This document shows, in pieces, positions 30,090 through 37,944 of a stretch of DNA of 48,370 nt. The stretch's first letter is position 1; every line of letters starts with the position of its first letter. Location of the stretch: contig DYJH01000001.1 in assembly GCA_020723255.1 (NCBI GenBank), positions 14,201 through 62,570 of the forward strand, written 5' to 3'. The notes under the pieces were generated by a model, which saw only the letters and a list, made by a program, of their open reading frames with translations, did not search any database and was not told where the DNA came from. The position numbers were made by a program, and so were the translations under genes. Source of the DNA: Desulfonema limicola (GTDB lineage: Bacteria; Desulfobacterota; Desulfobacteria; Desulfobacterales; RPRI01).

Positions 30090-30340
30090 CGTTCCACCTC
30101 CTTCGTTGAGAAGTTAACTTATGGGCAAGATAAAAAATGGCGGCTTCTACACTTTGTCCTAAGTATAATATCTGTTTACAAAAAATCAACAAAATATTGG
30201 GGAAACCTCCTTTTTTAATTAAGATTACAGGTTTTAACACAGCAATATTGCAGTCATGTCATAAATAGAATATGAAGTGTAATAGACGAAATAATTAACA
30301 ATATGCAATTAGAAGCATAAAACAAGAGCAGGATTCGACG

Positions 30341-31279
30341 ATGCAATACGGGAAATATAATTTTAAGTGCTTTTTTGAAAATGATGCCATACTTCCCCCA
30401 TATAAGGGGTCAACATTTCGGGGAATTTTCGGGCATGCCTTGAAAAAGGTGGTATGTGCATTAAAAAGACAGGACTGCAAAGACTGCCTTTTAAAAGAAC
30501 GATGCATATACACTTTGGTTTTTGAGACAAAGCATGCTTTAAAAGTTCCGGATGGATTCAGGATTTCCGCTCCTCCCAACCCTTTTGTTATAGAACCTCC
30601 ACTATCTGATGAAACCATGTATAAAAAGGGCTGTTCATTTGATTTTAATCTTCTGCTGTTTGGAAAAGTGAATAACAGCCTTGCCTATTTAATTTATGCC
30701 TTTGATCAGATAGGAAAAACCGGAATCGGAAAAAGAATTGGTGAGAATAGAGGCGCTTTTTCTCTTAAAGAAGTAAAATACAATGACAGCATAATTTATT
30801 CGGATAAAGATCGTTCTCTTATTAACTCCGGAGAAGCCGAAGAAATGTTATTGAAGAATCAGACCGGTCATAATGATTCAACTATCCGTATTAAACTTAT
30901 TCTTGAAACACCGCTCAGGCTGAAATTTGAAAACCATCTTAAAGCGGATCTTCCTTTCCATGTCCTGATGCGTGCAATGCTGAGAAGAATTTCCTCGTTG
31001 TTTGCTTTTTATGACAACGGGGAGCCTGTCATTGATTACCGCGGGCTTGCTGAAAGAGCAAAGAATGTCCGAATTGCTGAGCAAAACCTGTCATGGTTTG
31101 ACTGGAAGCGCTATTCCAACCGTCAGGACCAGAGCATGCTTATGGGAGGAATCACAGGTTCAATAATATATGAAGGCAAGATTGCAGAATATATGCCGCT
31201 TATCGAATTTTGTGAAAAAGTGCATATAGGCAAACAAACCTCTTTCGGGCTTGGAAAGATTAGAACAGAGGTCATCTGA
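30341..31279 (+). CDS. cas6: CRISPR endoribonuclease Cas6
   Basis: GSTFRGIFG, Cys cluster C..CKDC..C, P.PFVIEPP, C-terminal G-loop HIGKQTSFGLG. Confidence 0.92.
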   Translation: MQYGKYNFKCFFENDAILPPYKGSTFRGIFGHALKKVVCALKRQDCKDCLLKERCIYTLVFETKHALKVPDGFRISAPPNPFVIEPPLSDETMYKKGCSFDFNLLLFGKVNNSLAYLIYAFDQIGKTGIGKRIGENRGAFSLKEVKYNDSIIYSDKDRSLINSGEAEEMLLKNQTGHNDSTIRIKLILETPLRLKFENHLKADLPFHVLMRAMLRRISSLFAFYDNGEPVIDYRGLAERAKNVRIAEQNLSWFDWKRYSNRQDQSMLMGGITGSIIYEGKIAEYMPLIEFCEKVHIGKQTSFGLGKIRTEVI

Positions 31280-31347
31280 AATTTTAGAAGTTAGGTAATG
31301 CTATGAAACGAACCAGAAGATTATTTATAATATCAGCTAATTTTTAT

Positions 31348-31376
31348 TTGACAAAGTTAAATTAACTGTATATTTT
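31348..31376 (+). promoter_or_regulatory. Sigma70-type promoter of the AAA ATPase gene
   Basis: TTGACA-N17-TATTTT, with the ATG starting 7 nt after the -10 element. Confidence 0.55.
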
Positions 31377-31382
31377 ACGATC

Positions 31383-32642
31383 ATGGCTGATAATTTACAT
31401 AGATACCGATTTTTAAAGCGCCTTTTGCCTGAATCCACATCAAAACGATTGATTGTAATAACAGGCGCAAGGCAAACCGGCAAGACAACAATTTCAAAAC
31501 AGAAATATCATTATTTAAAATATATAAATCTTGATTCTCCTGAAAACAGGGAAAATCTTAAAAATCTTCTTTCAGCATCATGGGCGGATACCATTGGAAA
31601 TGCTGTTTTAGATGAAGCTCAGAAAGAGCCGGTTGTTTTTGAAAAAGTAAAATATGCATTTGACGAAGGCGGCATTTCATTCTCTGTTCTTACAGGTTCA
31701 AGTCAGATATTGCTTCTGAAAAAAATCAGGGAATCCCTTGCAGGACGGGCGTTTTTTTATGAGATGTGGCCGTTGATGCAATGTGAAGTAAATATTGGGG
31801 AGGACACATCTGGAGTTTCCGAACCTTTGATACATCATATACTTTGTTCCGATAATTTATCATCTGTTTTGTCAAATATTCCGCATATTTTTCTGGATAA
31901 GCAGGATGCGCTCTGCCGCAGCGCAGAGGATCATATACTTAAATGGGGCGGGATGCCTTCGCTTTTAACTTTATCCGAAGATGAGAAATGGAAGTGGCTT
32001 AAAGACTATAGTTATACATATCTTGAACGCGATTTATCGGACTTAGCAAGAATAGAGGACTTGTCGCCGTTCAGAAAATTTCATAAACTTTCTGCGTTGC
32101 GGTCAGGCATGCTTTTAAATTACTCCGAACTTGCGAGAGACTCTCAGGTAAGCGTTGATACTGCCAGACGGTATATAGAATATCTCAGGATTTCGTTTCA
32201 GGCTTTTTTGATTCAGCCTTATCATGTAAATTTGACCAGTTCAGCAATAAAAACGCCGAAGATATACTGGGCTGATATAGGCATTTTAAGACAGTTGACG
32301 GGATTTAGAGGAGAACTGACCGGCGAATTGTATGAAACCATGGTTGTTTCAGAGCTTGTCAAATGGATAAAAACATATCAGGCTGAATGCGAAATTTATT
32401 TTTACAGAACCCGCTCAGGAATGGAATTGGATCTTTTGCTGGAATCAGGACAAAAAATTTGGGGGATAGAAATTAAACGCCGTAATACGGTTGTTGAAAA
32501 AGATATCAAAGCAATGAAAGAGATTGCGCAAAAACTCGGCAGTCTGTGGCGCGGAGGAATGGTTGTTTATCTGGGCGATGAGATCAGGCAAATAGCCAAT
32601 CCTGATATATGGGCAGTTCCATCAAGACGGCTTTTTCAATAA
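31383..32642 (+). CDS. AAA+ ATPase (AAA_14 plus DUF4143-like, C-terminal PD-(D/E)XK-like motif)
   Basis: GARQTGKT, LDEAQ, TGSS, ESLAGR, PKIYWAD.G, YRTRSG.ELD..IEIK. Confidence 0.9.
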   Translation: MADNLHRYRFLKRLLPESTSKRLIVITGARQTGKTTISKQKYHYLKYINLDSPENRENLKNLLSASWADTIGNAVLDEAQKEPVVFEKVKYAFDEGGISFSVLTGSSQILLLKKIRESLAGRAFFYEMWPLMQCEVNIGEDTSGVSEPLIHHILCSDNLSSVLSNIPHIFLDKQDALCRSAEDHILKWGGMPSLLTLSEDEKWKWLKDYSYTYLERDLSDLARIEDLSPFRKFHKLSALRSGMLLNYSELARDSQVSVDTARRYIEYLRISFQAFLIQPYHVNLTSSAIKTPKIYWADIGILRQLTGFRGELTGELYETMVVSELVKWIKTYQAECEIYFYRTRSGMELDLLLESGQKIWGIEIKRRNTVVEKDIKAMKEIAQKLGSLWRGGMVVYLGDEIRQIANPDIWAVPSRRLFQ

Positions 32643-32680
32643 ATTTATTGAGTTATAATTTATCAGCCGTTATTTTTTAA

Positions 32681-32917
32681 GGAATTAGTAATCCGTTATC
32701 TCATTTTAGTTTTTTTGCACTTTCTAACACCAACTTGCATTCAAAAATATAGCAAGGCGGCAAGGAGGTTTTCCCGCAGGCGTATATGTAATATGCCGAG
32801 GACGGAACCGACGAAGCCAACGCAGCTAGAATTTGAATGCGACCTGGTATAAAGGATTTAACATGACCGGATACAATCAAGTCCCGCTCTTCAGGTAATT
32901 GAAGGGCGGGGCTTTTT
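32681..32917 (+). repeat. Copy 1 of the three-copy module (SD, 11-codon ORF 32863-32898, terminator hairpin)
   Basis: GGAATTAGTAATCC ... TAAAGGATTTAACATGACCGGATACAATCAAGTCCCGCTCTTCAGGTAATTGAAGGGCGGGGCTTTTT. Confidence 0.9.
32727..32850. mobile_element. MITE/REP-like palindromic element nested in module copy 1
   Basis: Imperfect terminal inverted repeats ACCAACTTGCATTCAAA..TAGC and GCTA..TTTGAATGCGACCTGGT; inner palindrome GGCGTAT..ATATGCC. Confidence 0.6.
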
Positions 32918-33080
32918 GTTGGGGATGCGAGTGAATCAAAAATAGAATATAATTGGGACGACTCCGTAAAAGCTTCATATGCAAGGCGCACGAATCTTGA
33001 GGAAATAAGCGATAGCGGGATTACCGGTCTGGATGATAAGAATTTTAATTCCTTTTTTTGAAAAACTGAAGGCTAATAAT

Positions 33081-34517
33081 ATGATATCAATAGAAAAGAA
33101 GTTTCTTGCAACCATTAAACGGGGAGAGCCGGCGACAGTAGAGTTCAAGCTGACCTTTGATCGTGAAACGGTTGAAACCCTTTGTGCCTTTGCCAACACC
33201 CGTGGAGGCAGCGTTTTTATAGGTGTTTCAAATACAGGCGAAATCACCGGTGTTAAGATAGGCAAAGAGACTGTGCAGAACTGGGTCAACCAGGTTAAGC
33301 TGAGCACTTCAAACACTCTTATCCCGGATGTTGATATCATTCCCCTTAAAGACAAAACGGTTGTTTCTTTGTCTGTATCGGAATATCCCATTAAACCTGT
33401 GGCATGCAAAGGAAGATATTTCAAGCGAGTCAAAAATGCCAATCACCAGATGAACATAACGGAAGTTGTGAATGAACATCTCAAAACATTCAATGTCAGT
33501 TGGGATTATTACATAGACGAATTTCATTCGGAAAAAGACATCTCTTTGAAAAAGGTGCAAACTTTCATTGATCGCATCAACCGCTCCCGCGAAGTTCCGG
33601 TTTTCGACGATCCGATAGCGGTTCTGCATAAATTCGAGCTGTTAAGAGATGGGAAAATCACACGCGCTGCTTTTTTACTTTTCATGTCTGGCGAATCGAG
33701 TTTGAGCAGTATTGAGCTTGGGCGGTTTCAGACCCCCATTCTTATAAAGGATGGCGCGAGGCTTAAAACGGATCTTTTTGCCGAAGTGGATGGAATAATG
33801 GACTTTATCAAAAAACATATAAATAAAGCCTATATTATTACGGGCAAGCCACAAAGAGAAGAGCGTTGGGACTATCCGCTCGACGCCCTGCGTGAAATCG
33901 TTGTCAATGCCATTGTCCATCGTGATTATTCCAGTTCATCAGATTCAGTCATCAAGATCTATGATAATCAAATAGAATTTTTCAATCCGGGCAAGCTTCC
34001 CGAAGGGCTTACAGTAGAGAAGCTTCTCAAAGGCGAATATATCTCGGTAATCCGAAACAGAAAGATTGCCGACATGTTCAAGGAAGCCGGGTTGATAGAA
34101 AAATATGGCACCGGCATCCGAAGGATTCTCGCAGGTTTTGAGAACTATGGCTTGCCGGAACCCCGGTTTGAGGAATTTAGCGGAGGTTTCAGGGTTACAG
34201 TTTACAAACAGGTCAGACAATTAACTGCCTCTAAAGTAACCAACCAAGTTACGGGTGAAGTTACGGGTGAAGTTACGGGTGAAGTGCATCGACTTTTAGA
34301 GGTGTTGGGAAATACCTCAATGACCCGGTTACAGGCACAGAATGCACTTGGTTTGAAAGGTCAAGCAAACTTCAGGGACCGCTATTTGAAACCCGCACTT
34401 GAAGCAGGATTAATCGAAATGACCATTTCTGAAAAACCCCGCAGCAGCAAGCAGGAGTATCGGCTTTCGGAAAAAGGGCTGCAGTTTCTGGAACAGGCTC
34501 AAAAAAGGGGAAAGTAA
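33081..34517 (+). CDS. AlbA_2 (Schlafen-like), HATPase_c_4 and wHTH protein (often annotated RecG-like or transcriptional regulator)
   Basis: GE..VEFK, CAFANTRGG, YPLDALREIVVNAIVHRDY, NPG.LP, RN..IA..F, IEKYGTGI, KPRSSKQEYRL. Start 33081 preferred over 33033. Confidence 0.88.
   Translation: MISIEKKFLATIKRGEPATVEFKLTFDRETVETLCAFANTRGGSVFIGVSNTGEITGVKIGKETVQNWVNQVKLSTSNTLIPDVDIIPLKDKTVVSLSVSEYPIKPVACKGRYFKRVKNANHQMNITEVVNEHLKTFNVSWDYYIDEFHSEKDISLKKVQTFIDRINRSREVPVFDDPIAVLHKFELLRDGKITRAAFLLFMSGESSLSSIELGRFQTPILIKDGARLKTDLFAEVDGIMDFIKKHINKAYIITGKPQREERWDYPLDALREIVVNAIVHRDYSSSSDSVIKIYDNQIEFFNPGKLPEGLTVEKLLKGEYISVIRNRKIADMFKEAGLIEKYGTGIRRILAGFENYGLPEPRFEEFSGGFRVTVYKQVRQLTASKVTNQVTGEVTGEVTGEVHRLLEVLGNTSMTRLQAQNALGLKGQANFRDRYLKPALEAGLIEMTISEKPRSSKQEYRLSEKGLQFLEQAQKRGK
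34246..34285 (+). repeat. 12-bp tandem repeat, 3.3 copies (encodes VTGE)
   Basis: AAGTTACGGGTG three times, in the linker before the wHTH. Confidence 0.95.
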
Positions 34518-34846
34518 AAGGCATAATTTGGACTTTGAGACCTCTGCGGACTCTGTGAGAGATTCAGGATTTACCGTAAAATAAAAAATTCGTGGATATG
34601 GTAAGAAACGGCAATGTTGCAGCAGTTGAAAAGAAAATAAGCATTCTGTAATTTTAAGCAAACTCGGTATGTTCGATATTAAACGGAAAACCGGGGAAAA
34701 TATGTTTGTGGATAAAATTTGCCTGAAACTGAACTTATTTGAGTTTAATATAATATTAAAGTAAAGATAATTAAAGTAGCAGATGTTTTCAGAAATATAT
34801 ATTAAAAGATGCATATTAATTGATAGCGAAATCATGGGAGGACACT

Positions 34847-35062
34847 ATGGAGTCAATAGATCAAATAGCAAAAAAGGCAATGGAACTCCCACCTCTAGAA
34901 CGAATTCGGTTAGTCGAAACAATTTTATACAGTCTTGACAAACCAGACCCGGATATAGAAAAGAGCTGGGTTGCCGAATCCGAAGCCAGGTATGAGGCAT
35001 ATAAACGAGGAGAGCTTAAAACGTACGATTGGGATGATATTAAAAAAAGGTATGAACGTTGA
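34847..35062 (+). CDS. Addiction-module antitoxin
   Basis: LP..ERIRLVE.IL.SL..W..ESE.R..AY..G pattern; SD GGGAGG; overlaps the toxin start. Confidence 0.85.
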   Translation: MESIDQIAKKAMELPPLERIRLVETILYSLDKPDPDIEKSWVAESEARYEAYKRGELKTYDWDDIKKRYER

Positions 35063-35351
35063 AAATTCGTTTTATATCTCATACAAATAACGAAATGGAT
35101 GAAGCAGTCAGGTACTACGACCACCAGCTCCCCGGATTGGGTTTCGATTCTTTCAGGAAATTGAATCGGCTATCGAAATAATCAGGTTTATGCCGGAAGC
35201 ATGGACAAAAATAGGTGAACGGACGAGACGTTGTATCTTAAAAACTTTTCCTTATGCTCTTCTCTATGTTATAGAACCGGAAGAAATTCTCTTAACTGCG
35301 GTTGCACATCTTCATAGATACCCGGAACATTACAAAAACAGAATCATATAA
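35059..35351 (+). pseudogene. RelE/ParE-family toxin with a 1-nt frameshift near 35143
   Basis: TTG start MKIRFI..EMDEAVRYYD..GLG, then a frame change to RFFQEI..RRCILKTFPYALLY..AVAHLHRYP. Confidence 0.82.
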
Positions 35352-35481
35352 ATTTGCTGATTCTTCCTGTATGAGTCCAACCTTAATATTTAACACCTTT
35401 TTTACAATTCTGTTGATTTAAAAAAAGCAAAGTGGTAGCAAAGTTTCTGTATTATTGCTCATTATATTTTTGGTGTTTTCT

Positions 35482-35616
35482 GGAATTAGTAATCCATCAA
35501 CAGAACCGACGAAGCCGACACAGCTAGACTTTTAATGCGGCTTGGTATAAAGGATTTAACATGACCGGATATAATAAAGCCCCGCTCTTCAGGTAATTGA
35601 AGGACGGGGCTTTTTT
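35482..35616 (+). repeat. Copy 2 of the three-copy module (11-codon ORF 35561-35596)
   Basis: GGAATTAGTAATCC .. GAACCGACGAAGCC .. TAAAGGATTTAACATGACCGGATATAATAAAGCCCCGCTCTTCAGGTAATTGAAGGACGGGGCTTTTTT. Confidence 0.9.
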
Positions 35617-35728
35617 GCTTTTTTAAGATGATACTACTTGTACTGAAAAAGCTATAATGAAATGTTCCCAATACAAAAGAGAAGTCATTTTATCCATGTA
35701 TTTAAATGGAGGATAATATGGAGTTATT

Positions 35729-36580
35729 ATGGGCAACATAATTTTATTTAAATCAAAAAAAGTTAGGCGTATCTGGAGTGAACCGGATCAAAAATGGTAT
35801 TTTTCTATTCAGGATGTTATTGAAATTCTGACAGACAGCACCGATATAAAGCAGTATATAAAAAAATTAAAAAACCGGGATCCTGAATTAAGAAGCAACT
35901 GGGGTACAATTTGTACCCCGGTTGAAATGCAGGCTACCGATGGCAAAAAACGAAAAATTCAGGCATCTGATACCGAAGGTCTTCTCCGTATAATCCAATC
36001 CATTCCCTCATCCAAGGCTGAGCCTTTCAAACGCTGGCTTGCAAAAGTAGGGTATGAACGCCTGGAAGAGATAGAAAATCCCGAACTTGCCGCAAAGCGA
36101 ATGCGTGAAATCTACAAATTTAAAGGCTATTCCGATGAATGGATAGAAAAACGGATGCGCGGCATTGCGATCAGGGACGAACTGACCGAAGAATGGAAAA
36201 AACGGGGAGTTAAAGAGAAAATAGAATATTCAATTCTAACGGCAGAAATAAGTAAAGCGACTTTCGGTATGACGCCGACCGAATATAAAAACTTTAAAGC
36301 GCTTGATAAACCTACAGATAATTTGCGCGACCACATGACTGACCTGGAACTGATTTTTACAATGCTGGGGGAGGCATCCACAACTGAAATTGCCCGAAAA
36401 AAAGACGCACAGGGTTTTCCTGAAAACAAAAAAGCTGCTAATGAAGGCGGTACTATTGCCGGAAATGCCCGCCGCGAACTGGAAAAAAAGAGCGGCACAA
36501 GGGTTTCAGTTAAAGAAAATTATAAACAACTGCCTGAAATTAAGCTCAAATCAATTAGCCACAAAGAAAGTAAAAAATGA
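35729..36580 (+). CDS. Bro-N domain (phage antirepressor-like) protein
   Basis: VRRIW..WYFSIQDVI.ILT, LLRIIQSIPS.KAEPFK.WLA, NLRDHMTDLEL. Confidence 0.9.
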   Translation: MGNIILFKSKKVRRIWSEPDQKWYFSIQDVIEILTDSTDIKQYIKKLKNRDPELRSNWGTICTPVEMQATDGKKRKIQASDTEGLLRIIQSIPSSKAEPFKRWLAKVGYERLEEIENPELAAKRMREIYKFKGYSDEWIEKRMRGIAIRDELTEEWKKRGVKEKIEYSILTAEISKATFGMTPTEYKNFKALDKPTDNLRDHMTDLELIFTMLGEASTTEIARKKDAQGFPENKKAANEGGTIAGNARRELEKKSGTRVSVKENYKQLPEIKLKSISHKESKK

Positions 36581-36728
36581 ATACGGATGAAACCATTTTA
36601 ATAGTTTCTCCTGATTCAGACATGTTCATTTCCTCTTTAAAATCTTATTGATTTGACTAATCCAATGTGATAGCAAAATTTTAAATTTATGTTCATTTCA
36701 CAAGTTGTTTGATATTCAATATTTTTCT

Positions 36729-36834
36729 GGAATAAGTAATCCCTTTTTGGAATGCGACCTGGCATAAAGGATTTAACATGACCGGATATAATAAAGCCCC
36801 GCTCTTCAGATAATTGAAGTACGGGGCTTTTTTT
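36729..36834 (+). repeat. Copy 3 of the three-copy module (11-codon ORF 36778-36813), directly upstream of cmr1
   Basis: GGAATAAGTAATCC .. TAAAGGATTTAACATGACCGGATATAATAAAGCCCCGCTCTTCAGATAATTGAAGTACGGGGCTTTTTTT. Confidence 0.9.
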
Positions 36835-36882
36835 ATGGGTTGGATTACTTTTAGACAGCTGTAACAGATTTTAGGAGGAACA

Positions 36883-37944
36883 ATGGAATTCAAGCTAAAG
36901 GCATTGACAGATATCTGGACAGGTGGAGTTGATAAAAACGTAAAAGGGCTACATTTAACAGGGTTCAAGGGCTCAATCAGGTGGTGGTATGAGGTGTTGA
37001 TTCGTGGCCTTGGGAATTATGCATGCGACCCGACTGAGCAATCCAGCCATTGCCATTTGAAGCTTTCGTCCAAGGAAAAACAGCAAATCAAATTTCAAGA
37101 AACAGCCCTAGATAAAATTGTAAAACGCTATATCTGCCCTGCCTGTTATTTGTTCGGTTGCACGGGGTGGAGCGGAAAGGTCGGTTTAAGGATTACCGAT
37201 CCAGAAGGCAATATAAAAAAAAATGCCATAAAAAAAGACCATAAATTCAACTTATTATTTGTTAAAATGAAACCGCTTGAACTGGCAGAACAGTCATTAT
37301 TGGAAATGACAATGAAATTAATCGTTGATTATGGAGCTATAGGTGGGCGAACGGTATATAAACCTTCTGAGGACAATAGGAACAATAACAATCTATCAAA
37401 GCAGCATCATTATGATTATGGATTAATAGCGAGATCTGATAGCTCGAATATTCAAACCGAGAAAGTCAATGGGGAAAACGTATCAGAATATTTGAGTGAT
37501 TTCCCAAAGAAAGCGGATAAGAATAATAATGAGTGGCCGGATTTAAACGAGTTTTGGTTTATCAAGGGGATATGTTTAGACAGAACATGCATAAATAATA
37601 GTGTAGGAAGAGATAACAATGGCAAATATAAAAAGTTCACAGAAGAAAATATTTTTTTAGGTGGATTCGGTGGAAAAGAGAAAGAATTGGTCATTGAAAA
37701 ATTAAATAAATATAGAGATGTAAATGCTGTAAGCAAAAAAATATTTTCTTTTCATCGGACAGAAAACAAACAACAGATCGATTTGCCTTTATGCTTTGGC
37801 TATGCCAAAAAAAACGAACATCAAACATTAATCAAAAAAATATTTTTAGTAAACGGAGACCTAAGCCAGGAACAATTTGAAAAGCTTGTAAAAAATGGCG
37901 AAATACCACTTAAATACGGCTCGGAGGTAAGAGATGAACTCTAA
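36883..37944 (+). CDS. cmr1: Type III RAMP Cmr1
   Basis: LTDIWTGG, GSIRWWYE..RGLG..ACDP, CPACYLFG.TGW, YGAIGGRT; SD AGGAGG. Confidence 0.9.
   Translation: MEFKLKALTDIWTGGVDKNVKGLHLTGFKGSIRWWYEVLIRGLGNYACDPTEQSSHCHLKLSSKEKQQIKFQETALDKIVKRYICPACYLFGCTGWSGKVGLRITDPEGNIKKNAIKKDHKFNLLFVKMKPLELAEQSLLEMTMKLIVDYGAIGGRTVYKPSEDNRNNNNLSKQHHYDYGLIARSDSSNIQTEKVNGENVSEYLSDFPKKADKNNNEWPDLNEFWFIKGICLDRTCINNSVGRDNNGKYKKFTEENIFLGGFGGKEKELVIEKLNKYRDVNAVSKKIFSFHRTENKQQIDLPLCFGYAKKNEHQTLIKKIFLVNGDLSQEQFEKLVKNGEIPLKYGSEVRDEL

Noticed and set aside
32701-32991. Minus-strand ORFs 32701-32991, 35486-35671 and 36693-36968 with similar peptides
   Set aside because: The similarity is only the antisense reading of the DNA repeat; frames, starts and lengths are not conserved across copies.
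34246-34285. 12-bp tandem repeat as a novel contingency locus
   Set aside because: In-frame tetrapeptide linker repeats are common in this protein family and do not shift the frame.
34518-34840. Possible gene remnant or sRNA in a 320-nt intergenic gap
   Set aside because: Only short broken frames and a CTCTG-type repeat fragment; nothing I can identify.
36760-36775. Sigma54 promoter TGGCATAAAGG in module copy 3
   Set aside because: It matches the -24 half of the motA promoter but lacks the -12 GC, and the other copies read TGGTAT.
32681-36834. Repeated module as a CRISPR array
   Set aside because: Units exceed 70 bp, are separated by 1.1-2.6 kb of genes and end in terminators; there is no repeat-spacer periodicity.
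32856-36846. Repeated module as integron attC sites (ATTTAAC fits RYYYAAC; GTTGGAT follows copy 3)
   Set aside because: Copies 1 and 2 lack a matching GTTRRRY, the L boxes do not pair, and there is no integrase in the window.
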